Shown one piece after another: positions 12,757 through 24,296 of a stretch of 64,000 bases of DNA. The stretch is from assembly GCA_013265495.1 (NCBI GenBank), contig MU061538.1, forward strand, positions 808,001 through 872,000, written 5' to 3'. The notes beneath the pieces were generated by a model. It ran no database searches. It worked only from the letters and a program-made list of their open reading frames with translations, and had not been told where the DNA came from. The DNA is from Vicugna vicugna (Eukaryota). Position 1 is the first letter of the stretch. Every line of letters begins with the position of its first letter. The position numbers were made by a program, and so were the translations under genes.

Positions 12757-15700
12757 AAAATACACATTTTCTGCATCCCGAGAAAAACCACTTGAGAAGC
12801 TGGTAGAACAGGAAAAAGGATCATAATTCTTCCGCAAGAATTAGGGTTTAATAATCCACCCAAAGACGTCACCAGCTGGGGGGACTCCCTGGGGTCAAGT
12901 CAAAAGCTGGAGCCAGAAATGCGGACCGCAGTGTGGGAACTGGGGCAGCGGCCGAGAGCCGGGCAGCATCGCTGGGAGCTGCCGTCCCGATGGAAGCGCG
13001 CGGGCAGGCCTGTCCGCGGCCGGCGGCCAGTCATTCCCCGCCGGGAATCAGCGCCAGCCAGCACACCCCCCCAGCTGACTGCTCAGACCCTGCGAGACGT
13101 GCCCCCGCAGCAACGCGCTCTGGACGCCCCTCGGCCCTCAGTCTGTGCGAGAGCTGCCCTTGCTGGCGGACGGGCGCCATGTTACCTCAGTGCTCCCCCG
13201 GAACGCCGTGTCACGGTCCGCAGGCCTTGTGCGTGCTGCTAAACTGATGCTCCTCATTGCACAGAAGTCTTCAGTCTCCAGGACGGTGAACACAGAGTGT
13301 GAGAAGTGTCACAAGTACTTTCAGAAAGATGAAGGACATTGACCAAGATGTGGCCGGAGCTGTTTTAAATCAGACTGAACCATGTGTTTATTATTTTATC
13401 TTTTTAAAACAGAAAAGCCCCCAAACTTTTCACGTGACCCTATCAGAGAAAAATGATTTACTCGTTTTAAGCAATCAATACTCCTTGGAGACGTGCAAAC
13501 GACGTGTTATAAAGAAATACAGATTAACTCAAGATTGTAGGAATTTCTGATAATTCTCAGGGATTCTGACTTCTCATTCCCAGATCTTGAAGATAAAAAC
13601 CTGGCAGAAGGACCACCTGAGTCCCATCCGAGTGTCAATTCCTTCTGCCCATTGCCTCCTCCACCCCTCCCCTCTGCTGTGTCAGGCCCCTTATTCATTC
13701 AACAAACGCTCCTTGAACTCCGACAATGCCTGGGGCTGGGTGAGGCCCTGGCGGGCAGAGTGAGTGGACACAGGCTCCGCCCTCTGGGAGGACACGCGGG
13801 TGGGGGTGGCCATGAACCCAGGGTTAGAACGGGGAGGGCGCAGCTCAGGGAGTGCCAGCAAGTGAGGCGGGTTACCTACCGCGCCCCGACAGGCCTGCTG
13901 ACAGGACGCACCGGGCAGGCTGGCCTGAGAGGACAGGGCGTCGGGGTGCGGGGTGGGAGGGGTGGAAAGGACAGGGGGTAAGGTCTGCGCTGAGGACTCC
14001 AGGCCTTGGGGACACCGTCCTGGCATCACCAGCAAAGAGCCTGGGAACCACCCCTCCCCCACTGTGGGCCAGATGCCCGAGTCTGTGCACAGCAGATGTG
14101 CGGGGGCAATTAGAGACAACGCATTAGGTCATGGAGTCTGGGCTCCTCCTGGGGCGGGGCAGCACTGATTCACATAGGTGGGGGGGGCATGCCGCCGGGA
14201 GCCTGAAGGGTGAGTGGCTGCCGGTGAGGTCAGGGAGCAGACGGCTCTCCCCGGGGAGCGGGAGGCCGTAGTCCTTCCTCTTAATGGCCCCTGCGCAGGT
14301 GTCCGGGGCTGTGGCCCCCGCAGTGGGAGTGTCCTGGCTCCAGGGGCTGGTGGGTGTCCCTATCGTTACCTGGGCCTTGCACCAATTAGGACAACACTTC
14401 CAAGTGTCCGCCTGGCAGTCCCCAGGCTCGGCACCCTTCCCCAACCTTGTACCTGCCAAGACAGAAGGGCTGGGATGAGGGTCCTTCACAGGAAGGTGGC
14501 TCTGAGACCTCACGGTCGCCTCGGCCTCTGGAGTCTGTGACTCTGGCCGGGGGGACAGGCTGCCTGAGTGTCCCGGGGCCATCTCAGAGGGCGGCGTCTG
14601 CAGGACAGAGTTGGGTGCGCTGTGGCCCGGGTGCAGGTGTTCGGGACCTCCGCCACCCCGCTGGCGGCCCCCCAGTGTCGTTTAGGGGTGACTCAGGGGC
14701 CCTCCCTCCCTCCCCCATCCTCCTACGGTTGCGCTCAACTTCTTCCTTATCTCTAGCCTCTAAGGTTCTGACCCTTTGACCCCCAAGGCTGGGCTGGGGC
14801 AGAGGGCAGAGGGCAGAGGGCAGAGCTGATCCTGTCCCCAAAGCTCTGCCCCAACCTCTGCCCTTGGACTTGGGCTGTTTTAGCACCTGAACTTTGGGGC
14901 AGACGATTCTGCCCTTTGCTGCCACCCTGGCCGGGCTGGGGGCCTCCTAGTCAGGAGTCAGGCCAGGCCACGCTGTGGCCCGAAGGAGCACCAAGATGCC
15001 AGGTGGCCCTGAGAGGGGTTGGCTATCCTGGCTGCCACCTCTGTCCACCCGTCCGCCCCGTGCTGACTGTGGACACACTGCGCTCCCTCTGCTTTGGCTG
15101 CCGGGAAGGTGGGAATCCTAGTCAACAATCTGGGGCACACTTGGGTGTCAGATACTGGTCCCTGTTTGCCTGAAACTCCCTTCCCACTGGACGTGGGCGC
15201 CTCAGGCCTGGGGCGGCCAGGACCTCCCCGGGTGGCTGGTTCTCATGGCCCCGGCACCTGGCCCCGTAGCAGGGCCCTGGGGGGCAGCGCCGGGCACTCC
15301 TCAGCCCAGGAGCCCTGGTGGAGGGGCTGCAGAAGCAACGTTCTCCCCACTCCATGATCTGTAACGGAGCGAATGCTCCTACCACGGCCTGCGCCCTCCT
15401 GTTGGTAGAGTTAACACGACCCAGGGCTTTGCTGAATTGTGGATAATTGAAACTGCCGTTGGCGGGCGAGAGGCAGCGGCCTCCAGGGCCGTGTCGGGTG
15501 TGAGGTCAGGAGCTGCGACCTGGGACCGGGGGTCTTGGCCCGTGCAACATTCATGAACTCGTCTGTCCACGCATCCCAGGGGCCCGAGCGTGAGCTGGGT
15601 CAGGCAGGGCTGGGGACCGGCTGTGACTGTGTAACTGACCGAGGTGACATCAGGTCGTCAGCTGCTCACTTCTTTGGGCTCCGGAAGCCTCCGAAAAGAA

Positions 15701-16764
15701 GTGGCTTGGAAGTAAGGCTTCCGGGTAAAGCCGACGCCGCTCAGCCATTAGAATGCAGATCAGCAACAATCCCTTTTTAGTGCGAGTGTTTCCCACACGT
15801 GGCCGGAGCCGTGCACGCACTCTTCCTTACGCGTCGGAAATTCAGCCGTGACAGAGCCCGGAGCTTCCCTCTGCCGTGCCGGCAGCCCTGCGGGAGGAGG
15901 GGAGTTCTCTGCACGTGACCACAAGGACTGAAGAATCAGCACCTCTTCCCTGCAGGGGCAGGTCCAGCCCTGATTTGACAAAAGCAGCAGCTGAAACACT
16001 TATGATGAAGGGAGGGGTTGGGGGGGGTCCCTGTGGGTGGCTCCCAAGAGCCCTGCCCTGAGCCCCTCCGGGGGTGTCGGCTGCAAAGGCCTTTGACCCA
16101 CTTGTCAGCGCTAAGGTGCATTTTACAGCCAGTGACACTGGGTCCAGAGGGGTGAGGGGCTGAAAAAAGACAAATTTAAACCCCCACAAAGACAATGTAG
16201 TGAGTGACACCAAAGAATCCAAGGCCCTGTGTCCTCAGGTCCTAGTCCCAGCCCCTCTGCCCTGGGTGGGCACCCCCAGCTGGGTGTCACGCACTGGCCG
16301 AGTTCCAGCGGGGCCAGGACAGGGAGACCCCACAGCCCAGGGTGGGGGGCAGGTGGGACCCAGGCTCCCCTTGTGTGCTCCATGCTCACACGGGGAGTCT
16401 GCCCGATGACAGCAGGCTCCCCTGGGTCACCTGGGCCTGGGAGGAGGGAGGGGGTGCCCACGGGCAGCAGGACATGGCCTCTTCTTTCTGAAGATACATT
16501 AGAAAGGAGATAAGTGTGTCCAAACTTTAGGAGAAGTCCAGCCTCTCATACAGGCCTGTCAAGACCACCCCTCCACTCTCCCAGGAGCAGGATCCTGCTG
16601 CGGTCATCCAGTGTCAGCTGGGACGGGCAGAGGGGGCCCTGGGAGGGGTTCATCCCTGCTGCCTCCCCGGAGTCTGGCTCCGCAGGGAGCAGGTGTGAGT
16701 TACCAGTGTGTGTGCACGCATAGCGTCATGTGAGCGCCTGGGTCCCGTGTGCTGTGTGCAGCCC

Positions 16765-16783
16765 CAGCGCCCCCTGCTGGCCA
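16765..16783 (-). promoter_or_regulatory. CTCF core motif, near-consensus
   Basis: Reverse complement TGGCCAGCAGGGGGCGCTG. Confidence 0.6.
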
Positions 16784-17074
16784 CATCGGGCACCGCGGCG
16801 CATGGGCCCAGGCCGGGCGGCTTGGTGGGACACGGGGAGGCCTCCTGTCTCCTGGGCCCCCAGGGAGCTGCTGGAACCTGCCCGCGAGGACCAGGGCAAC
16901 AAATGTGACTCACACAACTAACCATCCAGAAACTAGGACCAGCGAAGAGACGGCCTCGTTGGCCAGGAGCGAGGTCGCCCGAGCCCTGAGGACCACGCAG
17001 GCTCCTTCCAGGCCTGCCAGGGCCGCCACAGTTTGAAGCAAACTTGATTGTTTCGTTTTATTCATTTGATCTTA

Positions 17075-18225
17075 TTCTTTCCAGCTTTAAGGAGCTATGG
17101 TTGACAATCGTTATCTATTTAAGTTGTATACTGTGGTTTTTTTGAAGGTGTACAGCGTGACGATTTGATACCCGTGCACCTGTGCGATGGTTCCCGCAGT
17201 CGGGCTGCTAAACACAGACAGCCCCTCGTAGGGGTGTGTGTGTGTGTGTGTGTGTCTGTCTGTGTGTGTCTGTGTCTCTGTGTGTCTGTGTCTGTCTGTG
17301 TGTGTGTTGAGAATGCTTAAGACCCACTAGTCTGTTAAAAATCCAAGTATTGACTACAGCTTCCACGTTGTTCACCAGCTCACCAGAAAGTACTCATTCT
17401 AGTCTGTGCCCTTTGACCAAATCCTTCCCCCGCTCCTGTGCGTCCCCCTCTCAGGTGCCACAGGCAAGCGAGATGGTACAGCGTTTGTCTGCCTGCCTGA
17501 ATTCCAGTTGCATAATGCCCTCCCTGCGGTCACACATGGCAGCGTTCCCTTCTTTTTATGGCTGAATAACACTCTGCTGTGTATATATTCACAGTTCCTC
17601 TACCCGGTCCTCTGGGGACATTCAGGTTGTTCCCAGGCCTTGAGTGTTGTGACCAGAGCTGCAGTGACCGTGCGGGTGCATGTGTCTCTGGGAGGCCCTG
17701 ACCTCAGTTCCTCTGTATACATACGCAGAAGTGGGGCTGCCCGTGGTCCTGACTGCTCGAGCAACCCCCACGCTTCTGCACGGCGGCTGCACCAACAGCA
17801 CGCGGGGCTCCGCTTTCTCCACACCCTCCCCAGCGCTGGTTTTTCTAGTCTTTCTGATGGTGGCCTTCCCGACAGGTGAGGGGTGTCTCACCGTGGCTTG
17901 GATCTGCAGGTCCCCGACGGTTAGAGATGCTGAGCGGCTTGTGATGTCCCTGGCGCCACCTCCGTCTTCTTTGGAAAAGCCTATCCAGGCCCTTGTCCAC
18001 TTTGCAACCTGTTCGCTTTGGCTGCTTCTTTCTGCTGTTGAGTTGCACGGGTTCCTGTGCGTTGTGGACAGCAGCCCCTCGTCGTATGTGTGGCTGCATG
18101 GATCTCCCCCGTCAGGCCGCCTTCTCACTGCGTGACGGCTCCTCTGCTGCGCACGTGCGCTGTGGCCGGACGAAGCCCCACCCATTTTTTCTGTGGTTGC
18201 CTGTCCTTTTGGTGTCATGTCCAAA
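17075..18225 (-). mobile_element. Old L1 fragment (ORF2 3' end and 3'UTR)
   Basis: ctttttatggctgaataac, gtgtctcaccgtggcttggatctgc, ttggaaaagcctatccagg; contains a (GT)n tract. Confidence 0.7.
17234..17306. repeat. (GT)n/(GTCT)n compound microsatellite
   Basis: Directly visible. Confidence 0.9.
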
Positions 18226-21200
18226 AACAGCCATTTTATTATTATTCGTCAACAACGGATGGTCACTGTGAGCCACAGGCTCTGCGTGGACCTGTCCCCG
18301 TCTGCCGGGGACAAGCCTGGAAGTGGAAGCGCGCGCTCACGTGCCTAAGTTCTGAGGAGCCAAGGCGGTGGACGGTAAACCCCATTTCAAGCTTTTATTG
18401 AAAGCCTGGCTTTACAGCCGGCCGCTTTATCAGCCACCTCAGGGTGAAGGCACAGGTGGGACGGCCCTGTTGACCCCGTGATGGATGCAAGTCCCGAGAC
18501 AAGTCACTCGCCCCCAGATGTGGCCAGTGGTGGGATCGCCCAGGGAACCTGGGACAATATGTGGAGTCACTTCCAGGGCCAGCGGGGAGGCCCTGCCTGT
18601 CACGTGTTGGTCACACAGACTCGCAGGCCCTCGCTGGCGACCACCAGCTGGAGCCTGTTCGCCATCCAGGAACAGACAGGCGGAGGCCTGGCGAGGAAGC
18701 TGCACTGGGGAGGGCAGGAAGGCCCCTCGCGCTGGATCTGCAGGCACCAAAAGGTAGGGCTGCAGAACCAAGTGCCCGGGCTTCGGGGCGGGTGGCCGGC
18801 AGCGGCAGGTGGACTGCTCACCACAGGTGCAGAGGGCTTCTGACTTGGGCCCGATGGGCCAGAACCTGGAAGCTTGTCAAGGCATTAACTTGGGCAGCAA
18901 GAGCCGACTTCAGAGGAAAACCCACCCATCCGACAGTTACTGGGCACCTACTGTGTACTAGGCGGCACCCTAGCTCAGTACAGCAGCTGCCTAAACAAAG
19001 TCCTGCCCCACTGAATCTCGCAGTCCAGGGGCGGAGACACAAAACACCAAGTGCGTGAAATGCAGCCTGCATCAGACAGAAGCAGCGCCCCAGACAAAGT
19101 GGCAGTGGGGGACAGTGACGAGCCCAACAGGTGGAAGGGAGGCGACTCCCAGCACAGCCGCGCCTGAAAAAAGCAAGGGAGCAGTCCGCTGAGCGTCGTG
19201 GGGAGCGGCTTCCAAGGGCCGGGAGTGAGCCAAGGCCTGAGGCTGGGGAAGGAAGCGAGCGGGGCGAGGCCGACTGCACAGGGCTCCCGCCCTCCACCCC
19301 TCGTGCTGCGGACCCTGGGAAGCTCTGCCTGCAGGCAGGGAAGGCACTGCCGGGCCCAGGCCGAAGGTGGGGGAGGACAGGGGTGTGGAGGACACCCGGA
19401 GGCCACTGCAAGTCCAGGAAGATGGCTTGGGACAGGGAGTCGGCTGGCGCTGCTGCGTTCTAGGCGGGGCTGCAAGGTTTTCATTGGGCGCAGGGGTCAA
19501 GGAAGAGCCAGTGGTTTGGGGCCAGCAGTCTTGGCCTCAGGGGGTTTGGGGTGCTGACTCGAAGGCCAAAGGCAGAGCTCGGGGTTGGGCAATGCCTGCT
19601 GGAGACACGGGCCCCATGTCTGCACTGCAGTCCCCAGGGTGGATGCCGCCTGTGTGCCCGCAGCGGGTGCGGGGGGTGCAGGCGGTGCCTGGCCTTGCCC
19701 CTCCTCCAAGAAGCCCACACGGGAACACTGTGCTGACCTGACCGCTCGGGAAATTCTGAGCCTCTGAGAGGTTCTCGCGGTTATCTGACAGCCTGGGATG
19801 CTTTTAAAACACGGACTTACGAAACCCTCCCCCAGAGAAGGGGCCACCTCCAGGCAGGCTTGGGAAGCTCCAGGCCACACGGCAACGGCTGAGCGAGGCG
19901 GCGGCGTCTGCAGCTTCCAATTAATGGACACATCTTCAGACCAGATGCAGTGGGTTGGAAGTGAGGCCCACGCCCCGAGTCCAAGAGCTGTGAGTGTGAC
20001 CTGACTCGGAGAGAGGGTGGGTGTCCTCACCTTGAGGCCCCTGAGGTGCAGTCACTCTGGGAGTGGGGGGGCGCTAATTCCAGCAGAGGGGGCAGGACTG
20101 CGGCCCCTGACCCCGGTGTCAGACTCCCGGCCCCAGGACTGGCAGTAAACTCGCTCTACTCGCCCCGCTTGTGTGACCCTGTCACAGCGGCCGCGGGGCC
20201 TCTGGGTGGCACAGCCCTCCCCACAGACCCTCTACGGGCAGCAGTGGCATCTTACCTCCCTGCCTCCGACTCCCGGGTCCAGGCAGAAGCCGCCGCCGGC
20301 ACGCTCAGCGACTCACGCGCTGGTCCTCCACCTGGAGGGGCGACGCTGCCACGTGGGGCTGCATCCCTGCCCGGCCCCACCTAGTTCAAGGACCGACTTG
20401 GACCCGACTCACCAACAAACCTCAGAAACTCTCCCAGGAAAATTTGGAAAATCTCCACATCAAATTCAAGATTACAAGAAAGCTATCTCCCAGGAAACAG
20501 AATCCCTGTCCTGAGCCAGTGACACTGGACATGCCTTTTGTTTTTATTCTGAATGGAGAAAGAAAAAAGGCCACGGGCCTCTGCAGAACTGGGTCAGGTG
20601 TGCAGACTTTCAGCTCTGAGTTTCACGTGTGAAGAAGGCGCCTGGTGAGGTCACAGTGAGCCGTCAGTTGCTGCAAACATGGAGACTGGGGCCCGGAGGG
20701 GAGGCAGAGCGAGAACCCGGCCCTCACAGCCCGCTGCAGCTGCGCCAGCTGTGTGTTCAGAGCAAGAGTGCGGGGCAGGGGGGTGGGGAGGCCTCACGGC
20801 GACTGTTTCCTGTGTTCGCAGCGGAAGAGGAATGACGCTGTCTGAGGGCAGCGCTGCTACCACTAAGGCCCTGGTCAAAATGTGACGGCTGCCACCCATG
20901 AAATCAAGCCACTTAAGACGAGGGAAAAGGCATGTTTACGGCTCTGAGCACACCTTCACAACACGCCTGTGAGGCCCGAGAACAGCTCCCTGCTCTCCTA
21001 GGGCAGGGTGTTCCCAAGACAGCTTTCCTAAGCTGAAAAGGCATAAAGGGAAGAAGCAGTTACCTGGGGACCCGTCTCGCTCAAGGGGCACAGAATAAAC
21101 GGAGGTGAAGCACAGGTGCACACAGACACGGTCACAGCTGGGGGCTCGGTGTGGTCCTGGGGAACGCGCGGTCCCGGGCGGGCGCTGCCCTGCAACTCTC

Positions 21201-22567
21201 GGAAAACGCACTGGGCTGAATGAGATTCTTGCTTTTTTTCTGTAAAATTGAAAGTCCTCTTCGGATTTCTTTCGGTGAGTGAACACAGGTTCTAACGTGG
21301 CCTTTACTCGTGGGGGAGACCTGTATCTGGATCATCTCCATTTCACAGATACACAAGCTGAGGCACAAAGTATTCAGAGTCAAGAACTCGCAGGATTTTC
21401 TGCAGGCAGAGCCCCCAGGTGGCCAGTGACGCGCCGAAGCCTAGAGGAGCCTCCAGTCTGGGCTGCCTCGGGCCTCCCAGCTCTCACCCAACCTGCCCAC
21501 CTGGACCTGCCGGTCACCTGGCCTCTTGAGGGCATCAGCTCTGGCCACCATGGCAGGGCCAGGAAGAATCCTCCAGAAGCCAAGAACGAGCCCAGAGACT
21601 CACCGCCGTTCGTTTGGGGAGTGCAGGTAACTCCCCCACGTCAAATCCCAGGGACTCTGCTGCCTGGTGTGGGACAGACCACCATGACTGTAAGAGACTG
21701 TAAGAGACCAGCTAAATCCAGCGTGGCTAGCTCACCCCAGGCTCCTGTGCTAGGCCAGGAGTTTTTACTTTATTCGCATTATTACATCTGTTTAGCTTTT
21801 ATCTCCCTATAAAGCATGAGGCAGCTTGGACCTCAGATTATGCCCAGCTCGGCAGTCCGCCCTGTGGGAAGTGTCCCCGGGCAGCTGGTCCCAGCGAGCC
21901 CTGCCCGAGCGCCAAGCCCAGGAGCCTCACAGCTCCGTGCGCGCGTCTGTCTGGGCGCCTCTCTGGCTCCCGCAGGCTCCCCGGTGCCCAGAGCCGGGCC
22001 GCACCCTCCGCACCCCCCAGCCAGGGAGCGGCCAGCACTGCAGCAGCGCCACCACGGCCTGAGCACCGGGTGTGACGACACCGCCCCAGTGAGCTCTCCC
22101 GGGACACCAGGCAAGTCTGTTTGCACACAGCAGGTCCTGAGAAGTATCTGGAACCACCTCCCCTGGCTTGAGCACAAACTTAGCAGCAACAAGCAGAAAG
22201 CGGGACAGGACAAAGGCAAACAGGACAATGGAGACGGGAATCTTCCTTCAGGCGCAACCTCTCTCAGTAACGTAACGCTAAGCCCAACGAGAGCCGGCCA
22301 GGTCGCCCGGCAGGTGACGGTCGCTCCGGGGAGCCCAGGCTCCCAGCTGAGCACGTGCTGCCACAGCCCCAACGTCTCGGGCCGCCTCTCCCGGGGCCTT
22401 TCGGACGACAGGCACCGCGGTCGAGCACGTGACCTTGAGCAACGGGCTGTCGTCGCCCTGTACTGACCGACGACGGCCGGACACCTGTGGTGGCGCTTCT
22501 GCTAGGGCAGAACGGAGCGAACCGCAATGATCTGGGGTGTGACTCCACACAAACTTGGGGGAAAAAA

Positions 22568-22573
22568 TTTAAT
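22568..22573 (-). terminator. Candidate distal polyadenylation signal ATTAAA
   Basis: Minus-strand ATTAAA followed by ttttttcccccaagtttgtgtgg; the AT-rich UTR character ends here. Confidence 0.45.
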
Positions 22574-22802
22574 GCAAATACGTAGCCACTGGAACATACA
22601 AATAAATAAGTAAGCAAGCTCGGAACAGCTGAGGGAAAAAACCCCAGAGACGCGTAGCCGCCCAATTCTCTTCAGTCCCAGATACTCCATTTCCAAAACA
22701 CCGAAACTGAAACATAAATCACCTAGCAAGAAAGAAAGATACAAAACATCCAACACAAGATAGCCCCAAATAAAAACAAAACCAAGGACAAGCCCTAACT
22801 GT

Positions 22803-22808
22803 TTTATT
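22803..22808 (-). terminator. Polyadenylation signal AATAAA (a second copy lies at 22848-22853)
   Basis: Minus-strand AATAAA followed ~20 nt later by U/GU-rich ttttgtttttatttgggg...ttgtgttggatgttttgt. Confidence 0.65.
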
Positions 22809-24125
22809 TCTGTGTATCAAGACCACAAACAGCATTTAGACACTTAATTTATTATTCAAATTAAGAAATTATACATTTTGTTTTGATAATGGTCATTACC
22901 TTAAAAGTGTCATTCGGCTCCCCCCATTTAAAAGTATATTGCTAATTCTGTCAACGCAACGGCCAGCCCCAGAGCCCCCGTGACAGTGAACACCAGCCGT
23001 GGAGGAGAGGAGGCGGGTGAGACACCTCCGGCCCCCCGGCAGCAGCAAAGGGCCACTCTGCTTTCACAGGTGATGCCTGAAACGCTCTCCGCTTTCAGAG
23101 GCCAAAACCACCCAGCAACAAGTCAGGTCCTGATAAAGTGCCGTATCTCGGGGGGGTCACCAGCACGCCCCCTACTGGTCTGGGGCCGGCCCGCTTGTCC
23201 TGCACAGCAGCACCGGGGCTGGGGGGGAGCGGAGGAGGCAGGAGCACAAGTCACCCCGACACCCGGGAAGACCGCCGCTGCAGCCCAGGCGAGGGTGTGA
23301 GAGCCGCAGTGCAAAGGCGCAGCGCCACTTTGGTTCAAGTGACTTGAGACCGTGCCGTGGGGTCTCCTCCCCCCGAGCCATCGCTCACGTGGGTCACACA
23401 CGCCGCAGGGACTGGACGGAGACCCCTCCCCTGAAAGCTCTCCAGGCACAACGTGGAGACAGAAATGGAGAGAATGAAGCACCCACCTCGCACACACCCA
23501 CACACAGAACGTCCAACCATCCCGACGCAGGTCAGTGGCACACCGGGAGCAAGCGTGCTCGCCCCGTCTGGGGGAGATGGCTTAGAAAACACAAGTAAAA
23601 TAGCATCACTTTATCTATTTTCCAAACCTAACCACTTTGGGAAAAGGCAGCAGGAAAAAAAAACGCCTTTATAGTTTTAACAATCAGGCTTGTAAACAAT
23701 TCACCCACGCGAGAAGCAGCGGCCCTGAGAGCAAGCGCCTCCCGTCGGCCCCGGGGTCTCCGCGGGCAGGGCCAGTCTGGGCCCCCAAGCAGCGCTGTCC
23801 GTCTCCCAGGAGCCCCCTGGCCGCGTGGCCCAGGGAGGGCCCGGCTCCGTCCGCAAAGCCAAAGCTTCGTCTTTGGTTAATTTCACTGAGTTGCCACTAG
23901 TCTGCAAACTGTGCTCTTCTCGGCAAAATTACTAAGTGGGCCACATGGCACATAACACATGTTATTTTAAGGATCTGAAAAGCAACGTCCATCTATGTAA
24001 GTGCGCACAACTTAATCAACCACTGAAAGATGAAGGGGGCTGGGGGGTGGGGCCAGGAGAGCTTCGGAGTCCAGCCCGAGCGCCCCTCGGCCTGGGCGCT
24101 GCTCACCGGGCGGGGTGCTGGCGGC

Positions 24126-24296
24126 TCAGCTCAGCTCGAAGCCGGCGGCACACTCGATGGCGTAGAGCAGCTTGCTCCGCAGCAGCGCCTCATCGTGGAA
24201 CTCGGGCAGCTTCAGCAGGTTCATGCAGGTGCTGGCCGTGGGCAGCCGCTCCAGGTCGGAGCCCCCGTTGTGGATGCAGAAGGCAGGGTACAGCTC
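24126..24296 (-). CDS. UBE3C: UBE3C terminal coding exon (~23), HECT catalytic cysteine
   Basis: [60 protein letters not shown] LPxAxTC motif (Cys codon 24225-24227), C-terminal GFELS; tttcag acceptor; stop TGA 24126-24128. Confidence 0.97.
   Translation of the reverse strand, partial: ELYPAFCIHNGGSDLERLPTASTCMNLLKLPEFHDEALLRSKLLYAIECAAGFELS

Larger units (their letters stand above)
22550..24125 (-). other. UBE3C: UBE3C 3'UTR (end uncertain, ~22780 or ~22550)
   Basis: Follows the stop codon; AT-rich blocks at ~23590-23710 and ~22560-22950; poly(A) signals at its distal end. Confidence 0.7.

Noticed and set aside
20078..20096. CTCF-like CCAGCAGAGGGGGC
   Set aside because: Mismatch at a highly conserved core C; too weak to call
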